Assembly: GCA_002269645.1 (NCBI GenBank)
Contig: NIVC01001609.1
Span: forward strand, 1 to 33,815
Reading direction: 5' to 3'
DNA length: 33,815 nucleotides
Source: Macrostomum lignano
Taxonomy: Eukaryota
This document shows, piece by piece, positions 22,767 through 33,815 of this stretch. Position numbers and translations under genes: made by a program. The notes below the pieces were generated by a model, which was given only the letters and a program-made list of their open reading frames with translations, was not told the DNA's origin and did no database searches. Position 1 is the first letter of the stretch. Each line of letters begins with the position of its first letter.

Positions 22767-25700
22767 ATGCTGAGTCGCGAGCACACCCAGCTGCCCGGGC
22801 CGGTACTGAAGCCCAGCAGCATGCTGGTAAACGGCGTCCTGCAGCGCCCGGCTACCGCCTCCGGCTATCTGGAGACGCATCCAAAGCACTACGTGACTGG
22901 CCTGCTGGACGAGCGACAGTCGATGCAACCGAAGCTGGTTGACAGGCCGATGACAGCAGGCGGCGCACTGTCAGTAGCTGAGGTCGCTGGCAGCGTCGTC
23001 AGCTCGGCCGAGGCGCGTTGCTCTGCCCGACGTCCGCGATCGCCTCGTGCCGAGGCGAGGACCTTTCGGCAGCAGCGCAGGCCGACCATTGACCGGACGG
23101 ACAACCTGCAGGCCATAGACAAGTACTTTCTCAACCGGGTCGAGTACGAAAAAATTGGCTCAATTCTGCGCGGCAAAGTCGAAGAGCACATCGACCTGGC
23201 CAAGCTGAAGAAGGTCAAGAAGATCTTCGCTCAATACTCGAACGAGTCAATCGATTTGAAGATGTTCAAGGAAGAGATGAGGCGCCTGCTCAACTTGCCG
23301 ACCGCGAAACTTAACCAGTTGGACGCTCTCTTCCAGAAGATCGACTGGAGCAGCAACGGCTACATCAGCTGGGACGAGTTCTGCACCTACATGCAGTTGG
23401 AATTCCAAGAGAAAGAGAGCCAATACTTCAAGGACAAGGAGATCAAGTTTATCTTGCCCGCCAGGGTAAAGACCACAATCCACCGAGACGCCATCGTGCG
23501 TATCGTCGGCCTCAGCGACGGCAGTTTCGCCTGCGCCAGCTCAGACGGTCTCGTGTCTTTCTGGAACTCGCAACTCGAATTAAAGCGAAAAAGATCGATT
23601 ATTACGCCGGAACAGACGCAGCGAACCAAGCAGAAGTGGATAACTCACTTTATGATCATCAACGAGTTCACAAAGATTGTCGTGTCTACCGGCGATCGCG
23701 AGTTAGAGTTCTTTGAGCTGTCGAACTTTGAGCCGTACTGCAAGCTGACCGGCCTGTACTCGGTGCCCCTCAACCTGACTACACTTGTCACAAGAAGACC
23801 GACTCCAACGAGTCGATGCTGTTCTGGGGCGACGAAAACGGCTGCGTGAACATCCTTGTGCTGCACAAGACTGGCGAAAGTCTTCGAACTTGGAAAAAGA
23901 AGCCGAAAAGCGAAGGCATCGCGGCGGTGACGCTGGAGCGCGCACTGGACAGTGGAGGCCTGGTCGAGTACATCCGCTGGAAGGTGCACAACGACTGGGT
24001 GGCCCAGATCCGATTCGACGAATTTCTGCGTCAGGTGGTCAGCTGTTCGAACGACGAGTCGACGGCTTTGGTGATCGGCTGCAGCATTGGGTCGACGCTT
24101 GTGGATCACCACGATGGCTCGGGGCGGCCGCGCGCGACAGCGACGCGATGGCTGCAGCTGGAGCGGGAGCCGGTGCCGTCCAGGCGCCGAAGGCTCAGCC
24201 AGGCAGCTTCATCTCGCCGATCATGCAGCCTCGGCTGCGCAAAGCCACCGACCAGACAGTCTTTTATGTGCACAAAGGGGTTCGCACGTTCGACATCTCC
24301 AAGCAGAAGAACATCCTGGTCACGGGCGGGATGGACCGCATTATTCGCATCTGGAATCCGTACGTCAATTCGAAGCCGATCGGCACCCTTCAAGGCCACA
24401 GTGCGCCAATTGTCTACCTGACTATTGCGGCTGACGAGAACCGGCTATTCAGCGTCTATCAGGACAAGTGCATCGAGGTGTGGGACATCCTGGACCAGAA
24501 CCGCCTGCTCACTATCCGTCCTAAGGGTCACAAAGTGCGAGGCGACTTGCAGAGCTTTCACTATTCACCGCAGAGCAAATCCCTGATGCTGGCCACCACA
24601 GACGTTGTGTCCATCCTCAACATCAAGGTGAAGCAGAAGGTGCAGGCGGACATCCCTCTGACGCACAAGGAGGCCGTCACCTGCGCGATTTACAATCCGA
24701 CTTTTAAGCACGTCATCAGCGCTTCAGAGAACTCCGTAGTGAAGGTCTGGGAGGTGGAGAATGGCAAAAAGGTGTTTGAATTCACCAGCCACGAAGGCTC
24801 GGCCACCACCTGCCTCTGCCTGGACTTCACAGGCCGCCGCCTGGTTACTGGCTCCCGGGCTGGCAGCATCCGGGTTTGGAATTACAATAACGGCCACTGC
24901 CTGCGCGAGCTGCACCTGCGATCGAGCGACCGGCACAGCCGCTCCGAGGTCACGGCGGTTCTGTACATGGAGTCAGCAAGAACCGCTTTATTGTCGCTGT
25001 CGGCTGGGACCGCAGAATCAGCCTGTTCTTGGACGACTGCGGCGAGGCCGTTCAGTCTGTGCAGTACCCGGAGAACTACTGGAAAGACGACAAGCTGCGA
25101 GGGCACACCGAGGACATCCTGAGCGTGGCGTCCAGCCCGCCCAACCACCTGGCCACCAGCTCCTACGACGGCAGCATCATAGTCTGGAACACGGTGAGCG
25201 GCCACGTCTACTGCAAAATCCCACCACCGCCGCCGCCGTCAGACTACGAGGACGAGTGCCTTGATGGCGACCTGTCGGTGACGCGCGTGCTGTTCCTGCG
25301 CACCAGGGCGGGCAACAGAGAGGCGGCGAGCCTCCTGGCCTCCGGACCCGGGGTCGCATTCACCTGTGGAACATCTACCAGGGCGGCAAGCTGTACTCGC
25401 AGTTTCAGAACCACCCCGGCCACGGCCACATGGTCTCCGCCATGAGCGTCGACGTCAATGACACGATCCTGGTTACCGGAGACCGGTTCGGCCACGTCTC
25501 CATCTGGAGCATCTACGAGTACGCGCTGCACGGTCCCGAGAGCCTCTGCCCGGAGCTGCTGTTCCGCTGGCGCGCCCATACGGAAACTGTCAGCCAAGTA
25601 GACGTGGTGACGCTGATGCAGAAGCGAGTCTTTGTAGTCACAGCGTCCGAGGATTTCACCGTGCGAATTTGGACGCGCCGAGGCGAGTACGTTGGCACCT

Positions 25701-26794
25701 TTGGCCAATCCACCGAGTGGAGCCTATACAATGAGGACTCGTTCGGGCCGCTAAAGGTGCCGATTGATGTGCTCGTTGATCCAAAGTCCATGCCGGAGCC
25801 ACTAGCCATAAAAGAGCTGGATAAGGAAAAAACAACACTGGATGAGAATGGAGCAAGCGGCGGAAGTGTCACCGGACAGCCGCAGCAGCAGCAACAGCAG
25901 CAGCCACAACAACAGCAGGTGACATTTTTACAGAAGCAACAAAAGTTGCTGGACGACACGGAGATCAGCGCCATGGTGCGGGAAAAGTCCTATGTCGATG
26001 GCAAAGGAAAACGGTGAGGACTAAGTTCTGGATAACCCTTTTCACCCTACTGATCTCTTAATTTGGTAGAAATTTTTTGTTGACTTGTAGTATATATGAA
26101 TAGAATCAGATGAATTCCTGCTCGAAATCGGCAAACTACTTGCCACTCAATTGTATGTGCATTGCCTCGAATTCTATACCTTACTGGATTCTCATTGCCT
26201 GGCAGATATAAATAGCTCTGAGCTTTATCTCTTACTCCTCGGTCCTCGCTTATTGGCTGACAGATGTGCATAGATTTGAATTCTATCTCTTACTAGACGC
26301 TCATTGGCTGACAAATGTGCATAGATCTGAATTCTATACCCTTCTAGACGCTAATTGGCTGACAGATGTGCAAAGCTCTGAATTCTATCCCTTACTAGAC
26401 GCTCATTTGGCTGACAAATGTGCATATCCCTAATTTCCATCCCTTACTAGACGATAATTGGCTGCAGCAGATGTGCATAGCCCTGAATTCTATCCCTTAC
26501 TCAATCAAAGCTTATTGTTGGATGACCCTTGTAGATATTTTTATTGAACCATTTTTGATAGTTTCGAAATGATATTTTTTAAAACACACTGCACCTAATT
26601 TAACCTCCACCCTCAATTCGCCAAGGCTTCGAAACGAGCGTTTAACGCCGAAACTGGTAGACCGAGGCGGGCCCAGCGATTTCCAGACTCTGCGCCTGTT
26701 TGCCCTTACCGAGGTGCCCAAAGGCCCGGGCGAGGAGGGAAAGAAGTCGCTAAAAAAGGACAATCCCTACTCAATGTTCGAGGCGGCTAGTTGA
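22767..26794 (+). CDS. EF-hand plus WD40-repeat protein of the WDR49/WDR64/Drosophila WDY type; exons 22767-26013 and 26626-26794; four -1 frameshifts in this sequence
   Basis: EF-hand-like LFQKIDWSSNGYISWDEFCTYM, then many WD repeats (LVTGGMDRIIRIWNPY, GHSAPI, LVTGSRAGSIRVWNYNNGHCL, VGWDRRI, GHTEDI, LATSSYDGSIIVWN, VTASEDFTVRIWT). The frame switches at ~23777, ~24121-24124, ~24972 and ~25347-25353 with no in-frame stops. CG|GTGAGG donor at 26014 and AAG|G acceptor at 26626 give ...GKGKRLRNER...FEAAS*. Confidence 0.88.
26150..26502. repeat. Intronic ~51-bp tandem repeat (CGCTCATTGGCTGACAAATGTGCATAGATCTGAATTCTATCCCTTACTAGA)
   Basis: Five recognisable copies from 26247, plus about two degenerate copies upstream, inside the WD40 gene's last intron. 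Confidence 0.9.
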
Positions 26795-28742
26795 GCTTAT
26801 TATTTGTAATTTTTATAGACAAAACTCAATTGCGCCCTTTTTGCTACTAAGTCTTGCTTCCTCAGCAAGTAGTTCACGCGTAGCTATAGTGTCAAAATTC
26901 GCTCAAATTTTTCACGCTCTGCAATTCTGCACATCTGTCAAATTTTTGTTTTTTTAGTGTTTGTTACGAAAGCACCATGTTGTCGTGTTGTGGACAGAGA
27001 ATAGCCCTATATGGAATTCGGAAAGCTAATTAGACAACAGAGATTCGAACCACGGACATCAAAAGTAAATGTACTGCACATTCTCGTCGAAGAACCGTTA
27101 CCTTTTTGTCTAGGACAGGTCAAAAAGAGTTTTGTGGTTAGTAGTCAATTGTCTTTTCGGGCCTCTTACCGTTTGCTCTAATTAATTTGTTATAATTGCA
27201 TGAAAATTTCGTGGAATATATTTTTCGATTTAAATGCTCAGTAAATAGTTGTACACCTAGAGTTACCCCTTTTGAATCTCGATCTCGGCTACATAAAAAC
27301 TTTTTTTGTTAATTTACACTAAATTTGAATTTAAATTCCACCAGAATCTCGCGGTTTTTTGCCTTTCTAAGAAACGAAATGCTGTTCTCTTTTTCACTTT
27401 CTGCTTCGCCTTTCTCTTCAGACTTGCTTGGCCATCCTGGTAAACTGCAGAGGCCGAAAGCATAGCTATTTCTGTTGTTTGCTCTTGTGCTGCAGAACAA
27501 ATGATGCAGTTCGTACACGATTTTTTCTGCTTTTTGCTTGCGTGAGAATGACGGCATTGGCATGTCAGCTTATTTAAGATTTAATTTTCAAACCGAGATT
27601 TTTTGTTATTTTAAACAGTTAAACAGATATTGCTTCCTTAATTAACAAACACAGAGATAAAATCGGCCTTCAAAGTTTTATTGTCCAGAATTCACGTGTT
27701 AAAAGTACATATTTTAACACGTGACTGAATCCAGTCAATATAAAAACAAAGAATGGATATTCTCGTAGTGTATAATTTGTGTACGTGTACTTCTATTTTA
27801 ACAGTCCTTGTATAAAATATACTGTAGAGTTACAAGTATAAACACAAATGTAGGATGGTCTAAATTGTCAGTCAGAATATCTATTTTATTATTTAATATT
27901 TATAGTTGCATTCAAAAACTAATATTAATGAACTCTAACAGGTATCACTGCTTACAAAAAACTTTTGTCCCTTAATTTGTTTTTGTAACTGGAGAGCGCG
28001 CGTCTATTTGACGGTGTTGCAAATAAAAAAATAACAAATTAAGAAATGCATATTACTGTTTGAGCTGCCCAATCTGTTAGTAGACACGCTTGTTTTATTA
28101 AAAAATCAAGTAAATGTGTTTCAATGTTTATCTTTATTTGAATGCTTTCTCTACCGTTTTCACACCTTAAGGAAGCTGAGCGACGAAAAAAACGGAAAAA
28201 ATATCGAAAAAATCTAAGTATGTTCATAGAAATACTAGAAAATTTGCTCAGGAAAATAAATTGCAATAAAAATAAGTAAAATTATTCTCCAAAGATGAGG
28301 AATATATATGTATAAATATTGAAGCAAAGCCATTAAGGAATCTATACATAAAAGTTTACAACATGGATATTTATAATATCTTAGAATTTGAATCCAAAAT
28401 GCTGCGTTTCGAATGAAACCAGCAAGAAGTCCTGCAATTCTTTTAAGTTAAAAATATAGTTAAGCTTTAGCCTGTAGAGCTTTCAGGCACTTGGAAGTGC
28501 AAGAATTATCCATAGTTTGAGCAGCAGATTAGCAAATAAATAAATATAGCTATTATAAATGTAAAGAATGCTTTAGATAAATGTTTCACTTTTTATCGTC
28601 GATGAGCTATTGGCACAGACTGAGCAATGAAAGTTTACAAAAAACCATCACCCTAATAGTAAGTAAACAAGTGATGTCTGCCGAGACTTTTTTTGTGAAA
28701 TTAAACTTTTTTTAACTTTCTGTTACAAACTTTAATTAGTTA

Positions 28743-29200
28743 ACCCTCTGCTTAAACGTACATTAGCTAAACCTCTGCTTAAAAGTACATTAGCTAAACC
28801 TCTGCCCCAATGTACAGAAGCTAAACCTCTGCCCCAATGTACAGTAGCTAAACCTCTGCCCCAATGGACATTAGCTAAACCTCTGCCCCAATGTACATAT
28901 ATTAGCTAAACCTCTGCCCCAATGTACATATATTAGCTAAACCTCTGCCCCAATGTACAGTAGCTAAACCTCTGCCCCAATGGACATTAGCTAAACATCT
29001 GCCCCAATGTACAGTAGCTAAACCTCTGCCCCAATGGACATTAGCTGAACTTCTGCCCCATGGATGAAGGAATACTATAGTGTATATAGTGTATTCCTTC
29101 ATCCATGCTCTGCCCCAATGTACATTAGCTAACCGTCCGTCCAAGCGTACATTAGCTAAAATTTCTGTCCCAATTTACGAGTACATTAGCCAACACTATC
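28743..29200. repeat. ~27-bp minisatellite (AGCTAAACCTCTGCCCCAATGTACAGT and variants)
   Basis: Tandem copies are directly visible, degenerate at both ends and interrupted at 29059-29107. Confidence 0.93.
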
Positions 29201-29373
29201 TAAATGTAGATCAGCCAACCCTTTCTTCAAATATTAGTCAACCCCCCGCCCTTACAAGTACACGCGCGATTACGTCATCAAATTCGCATTAGCAGTATAA
29301 AAGGTCAGGCACAATCAATACCGATCAATAAAATTCCGCCTGTTATTCCACTTTTGCGCCGTCGAAATGCGCG

Positions 29374-32300
29374 CTAAGAAAGATTTTCCAGATATCGAAG
29401 TGCGTCCTTCTTTGTGATGACGCCCAATAAGCGACCGTTTCGCGTTACCAGAGTCTGTCTGAGGCCCAGTTTGCGAAACATTTCCAAGACAACAAACATT
29501 GGCGTCTGGTCCGTAACAGCGATTGGCGCCTGGCAGTTTAGGATAGGAAATACTGCAGTTGGCCTTGGGAATATATATGAGCCCCAAGGTACAGAGTATA
29601 CATGCATGAAGGTGAAACAAGCGATCTGCGCCACTGTGTACGGTCGCTATTGCTAGTATCCTAAGGAAAATGATGTTATAAAGTAAAAAAGCATCAGACC
29701 TGAAAGCCGGCTGTCTAGCCTAAGATATTAGCATCCCTTGTGAGCTTTGGCATTGAAGCCTCCCTCTCGTAAGCCATGGCTTAACCCTAACTCTCCGTTT
29801 GATCTACCTTTGGCTTGGCCCAAAATTAAAATATCTGTCGATAATTTAGCACACATTGGGAAAATTTATTTGTTTTAATACTCATAAAACCTTTTCACAA
29901 AAAGTTGTTAAAACTTGCAGACGTTTAAAAAATGCTTCCCGTGTCTTACTAAACGCAGCGGCCCTTGGGCGAAAGACTAGCCAATACTAAATGTGCAGAC
30001 TACAGTTACCTCTGGGTTTCCAATCCAGATGTGACACTTTAGAGCTCCATGGAAGAGGGGGGGTCCCGCAGTCCAGTGGGCACTCACCAGATCCACAATG
30101 CGGCTCAGGTTCAGCTGTTTCGGCGAGTTCCGCCTGCTGGGTGCCGCCGACTGGTCAGCGAAGGCAGCCGGGGTGTCCGCAAAGTACACCACGGACTGGC
30201 CGACTATGCTGTCGTCTTTCTTCCTGTAGTATTCTGCAGTAGAGTAACGGTAACGGCACTGTATTGAGCATTTTGGATTTCGTGAAATATACGAATCACA
30301 TGGACTATGGCATGGCATGGTACTTGTGGTATTCTAAGAATGGGCTAGGATAAATTAATAGAGAGAGGCTTTTTGAGACGCGAAATGAATAGAAAATTTT
30401 TGAAAAAGGATAAATGGCCTGATATTCTAGGAATGGAATGAATGAGAGTTTCTAAGAAACAGCAAAAACGGGAATTTATGGGAATGGGAGAAACAGGATA
30501 AGAATGTAGCTCGTAATGACTAATATTTTCTAGGAATTTGCAATAACCGAGATTTTCTAGGAATTTACAATAATGTGTTGGTTTGTGACTGGTCTTGACT
30601 AGCCAATAACCAGTTTTAAACCCCTCTCCTATGCCCCCGCCTTGTGTCGCCTTGCGTACTTTCTCTCTCCCTCTGTCCGCGCTGTGGGGTGGTGGCCTGG
30701 TGGGGTGGGCTTTAGCCTCTGCGCCGTCGCCCCTAATATTGGCGTCTCGCTCAGTTGACTCAGCGTTTTTTTGGCTGCCTGCGTGAGCTCAAATTTCTTT
30801 TTAGGAATGCGCTTAGAATTGTGTTGGGATTGGGTTTAATGTGATTTTTTTAGAGAATACGATAAACGGTACATCAATATTTAATAACAGATTACGCCTG
30901 CCCTAATGGCCAGATGTGCAACCGACAGCTCAGCCGCAGCCATCGCATCTGAAGGTTGCGTACGGCTGTTTAGTCCAAGGACTGGGGGGGGGGGGTCGCC
31001 ACACACACCCTCAGTTACCCCATCTAATGCTGGCACCTCAGGTCTTTCTCAAAGACACAAATTGTATCGAGTAGGACGAGAATCGAACCCCTGACCTTTC
31101 AGTCGTGTGTCCGACGCTCTAACCACTAGGCTGCAATTCCCTCAATTAGCAAGGAATTCATAGAAATTAGTTGGGTTTCTAAATAGAATGAAGATTAACA
31201 GAGGTTTGTTAGAGTAGAGTCACAAGTGAGAACAGTGAAAGCCTCACCAATGGCCATCACCAGATCCCGCCTAGTAACAAATCCTATCAGATAGTGATAA
31301 TCGGCTGATAGCACCACCGGAAAGCCATTCACTTGGCACTCGGCAGCAGCCGGTTGATCTCGTCGACAGTGTCTTCAGCCTGGCGCAGCACCCGCAACGG
31401 CCGGCGCATCACGTCGCCAGCAAGGGCGGAAGCGTCGTCCACATCAGCGGCTGCCGCATCGGCTGCCGGCCGCTCCCAGCTGGCCAGGAACGGGTAGCCG
31501 TTCAGCCGGATGTGCGCCTCGTAGATGCCGCCGCCGCCGCTGAGGCCGTCGCCGACCCACTTGCTGGTGAGGGCGGCGATCATCAGCGGCAGGCTGTACT
31601 CAAGGCCGCCGGTCAGCTCCAGCATGATGGCCACCAGAGACAGCGTCATGCGGGTCACGCCGCCAAGAGCGGCCGCTGCGCCACCATGGCGTACAGGCCG
31701 CTGTTGACACACGGCTGGCCCTGCGCCACCGCGGCCGCGCTGCACAACCGGTTGAATGGGAAATAGGCGGCGTTGGGCGCGGCCAGCTGCTCAAGCAGGC
31801 TGCCAACAATGCGACCGGCGATGGCACCGACAGCCAGGGAGGGAATGAACAGGCCGGAGGGGACCTGCGGGCAGAGGGGACGTCAAGGAATACTAAATAC
31901 ATGCAGACATGGATTTAAAACCTGACGCTCAAGGACTACTAAACAAACATGGATTGGAGAGGTGAAGAGGGCGGTCAGGGACTACTAAACAAACATGGAT
32001 TGGAGAGGTGAAGAGGGCGGTCAGGGACTCCTAAATAAACATGGACTGAAGAGGTAAAGAGGGCAGTCAGGGACTATTAAATAGACCTGGATTGAAGAGA
32101 TGAGCAGGGCGGTCAGGAACTAAATGAACATGGATTGGAGGTGAAGGGTGGGTCAGGGACTACTAAATAAACACGGATTGGACAGTTGTGGGCAGCAACG
32201 GTCAGGGGCTACTTAATATGCATGAACAGGGCTTGCCTTGAAAAGCGAATGGACATTCTTTGTGACCGCTCTATCATATTCATACTGCGTCTTCCTGTGA

Positions 32301-32780
32301 CAATGAGTGTTTTTAATTTAAATTTTAATAAAAACTTTTCTTTGAACTTTAGCTCTAGTTCTTCTGCTACTACTTGTACTGAATCGGCAGTAGTGTAAAC
32401 AGGATATCAGCATGTAATAAATTTCGATACCAAATTGCCAAGTTTTCAGACGATATGTTGTGTTAAATACTCTATGAAGGCAAAATTTTCTGAATCACCT
32501 TAATGCCAAAGGTGAACACGGTGGCCACAATTTTGAACAGGTAGGCAATGCTCAGCTTCCACAAGGCTGCATCAAGGCGGGCATCGCCGGCCACCACGAC
32601 GGCGGCGCCTGTGCCAGTTGTCGCCGTACCGTTGACCGCCACGGCGCCAAAGTCGCACAGTTCGCTGACATCCTCGGGACCGCAGCGGCTGAACAGCAGG
32701 CGGACAAGGCGGGCCGTCCCCATCCGGGTATAGGGATTAGGGAAGGCCGCCAGGGCTGTGAGGCTGGCCACTGCTGCCAC
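29374..32780 (-). CDS. CLCN3/4/5: CLC-3/4/5-type H+/Cl- exchange transporter, 3' part; exons 32780-32499, 31864-31248, 30233-30088, 29529-29374; two -1 frameshifts in this sequence; 5' exons lie beyond the window
   Basis: AFPNPYTR; FTFGIK|[10 protein letters not shown]; GLYAMV[G][25 protein letters not shown]; [21 protein letters not shown]; CBS domains [16 protein letters not shown] and [36 protein letters not shown]. All junctions are GT-AG with matching phases. Frameshifts at ~31681 and ~31344. The paralog cannot be resolved. Confidence 0.93.
30977..31141 (-). mobile_element. tRNA-derived SINE, copy 2, internally deleted, in a CLC intron
   Basis: The minus strand reads GCAGCCTAGTGGTTAGAGCGTCGG...GGGGTTCGATTCTC (A and B boxes), then CAATTTGTGTCTTTGAGAAAGAC and CCAGCATTAG..GGGGTAA.TGAGGGTGTGTGTGGC..CCCC, shared with copy 1. 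Confidence 0.8.
31883..32220. repeat. Intronic 46-bp tandem repeat (TCAGGGACTACTAAACAAACATGGATTGGAGAGGTGAAGAGGGCGG)
   Basis: Units start at 31929, 31975 and 32021, followed by diverged copies; about seven copies in total. Confidence 0.92.
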
Positions 32781-32880
32781 CTGGTAAAGTGAATTGGCTG
32801 ATTTTCAAATGCTGTTTTCTCTACTGCCTGCGAGTGAGTAGAAAGAAACGGACATTATTTAAAATCACATCAATCAGACA

Positions 32881-33815
32881 AAGCATCTGAATGATGAAGC
32901 ATCTGAATGATGAAGCATCTGAATGATGAAGCATCTGAATGATGAAGCATCTGAATGATGAAGCATCTGAATGATGAAGCATCTGAATGATGAAGCATCT
33001 GAATGATGATGAAGCATCTGAATGATGAAGCATCTGAATGATGAAGCATCTGAATGATGATGAAGCATCTGAATGATGAAGCATCTGAATGATGATGAAG
33101 CATCTGAATGATGAAGCATCTGAATGATGAAGCATCTGAATGATGAAGCATCTGAATGATGAAGCATCTGAATGATGAAGCATCTGAATGATGAAGCATC
33201 TGAATGATGAAGCATCTGAATGATGAAGCATCTGAATGATGAAGCATCTGAATGATGAAGCATCTGAATGATGAAGCATCTGAATGATGAAGCATCTGAA
33301 TGATGAAGCATCTGAATGATGAAGCATCTGAATGATGAAGCATCTGAATGATGAAGCATCTGAATGATGAAGCATCTGAATGATGAAGCATCTGAATGAT
33401 GATGAAGCATCTGAATGATGAAGCATCTGAATGATGAAGCATCTGAATGATGAAGCATCTGAATGATGAAGCATCTGAATGATGAAGCATCTGAATGATG
33501 AAGCATCTGAATGATGAAGCATCTGAATGATGATGAAGCATCTGAATGATGATGAAGCATCTGAATGATGATGAAGCATCTGAATGATGAAGCATCTGAA
33601 TGATGAAGCATCTGAATGATGAAGCATCTGAACGATGAAGCATCTGAATGATGAAGCATCTGAATGATGAAGCATCTGAATGATGAAGCATCTGAATGAT
33701 GAAGCATCTGAATGATGAAGCATCTGAATGATGAAGCATCTGAATGATGAAGCATCTGAATGATGAAGCATCTGAATGATGAAGCATCTGATTGATGAAG
33801 CATCTGAATGATGAA
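32881..33815. repeat. 16-bp satellite (ATGATGAAGCATCTGA)n, running off the window end, within a CLC intron
   Basis: Near-perfect tandem copies. Length variants carry one extra ATG (19 bp). Single-base variants at ~33632 and ~33792. Confidence 0.98.

Noticed and set aside
22746-25974. Numerous minus-strand and alternate-frame ORFs over the WD40 gene
   Set aside because: Expected shadows of GC-rich coding sequence with no recognisable motifs.
22767-26794. WD40 locus as several separate genes or as a true pseudogene
   Set aside because: The ORF pieces join into one continuous protein with four single-base additions and no stops. This pattern fits sequence error better than decay, though it is not proven.
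27309-27563. 84-aa minus-strand ORF and a Lys/Arg-rich alternate frame in the intergenic spacer
   Set aside because: TTG start, no recognisable domain and no convincing splice context; it may be a decayed element but cannot be supported.
30620-30790. GC-rich patch in a CLC intron as an extra exon
   Set aside because: The flanking CLC exons already join in phase with a complete CBS-region sequence, and the patch has no matching coding signal.
30977-31141. tRNA gene interpretation of the A/B-box sequences here and at 19500-19583
   Set aside because: No complete cloverleaf with a paired acceptor stem, and the head continues into a shared SINE body.
32821-33803. Three ~310-aa ORFs (MLHHSDASSFRCFIIQ repeats) as genes
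   Set aside because: Produced by a 16-bp satellite lacking stops on one strand; not annotated as CDS.

Overview
Eukaryotic (animal-type) genomic DNA with AT-rich spacers, GC-rich exons and GT-AG introns. The style recalls Macrostomum-type flatworms, but the species is not established from the sequence. From left to right: (1) an internally deleted DD34D mariner element with ~195-bp terminal inverted repeats; (2) a three-exon gene for a ~4,760-aa coiled-coil protein whose 13.9-kb second exon holds 33.3 essentially identical 357-bp (119-aa, exactly 17-heptad) repeats, flanked by a basic head with SxIP-like motifs and an Ala/Ser/Arg-rich tail; (3) a minisatellite, a tRNA-derived SINE and an intronless cytochrome b5-domain gene; (4) an EF-hand plus WD40 gene of the WDR49/WDR64/WDY type; (5) the 3' half of a CLC-3/4/5-type Cl-/H+ exchanger gene on the minus strand, with a second SINE copy and two tandem arrays in its introns. 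The WD40 and CLC genes carry six frameshifts. All six are single missing bases with no in-frame stops, most likely long-read errors. The best candidate for an undescribed system is the giant perfect-repeat coiled-coil rod protein.
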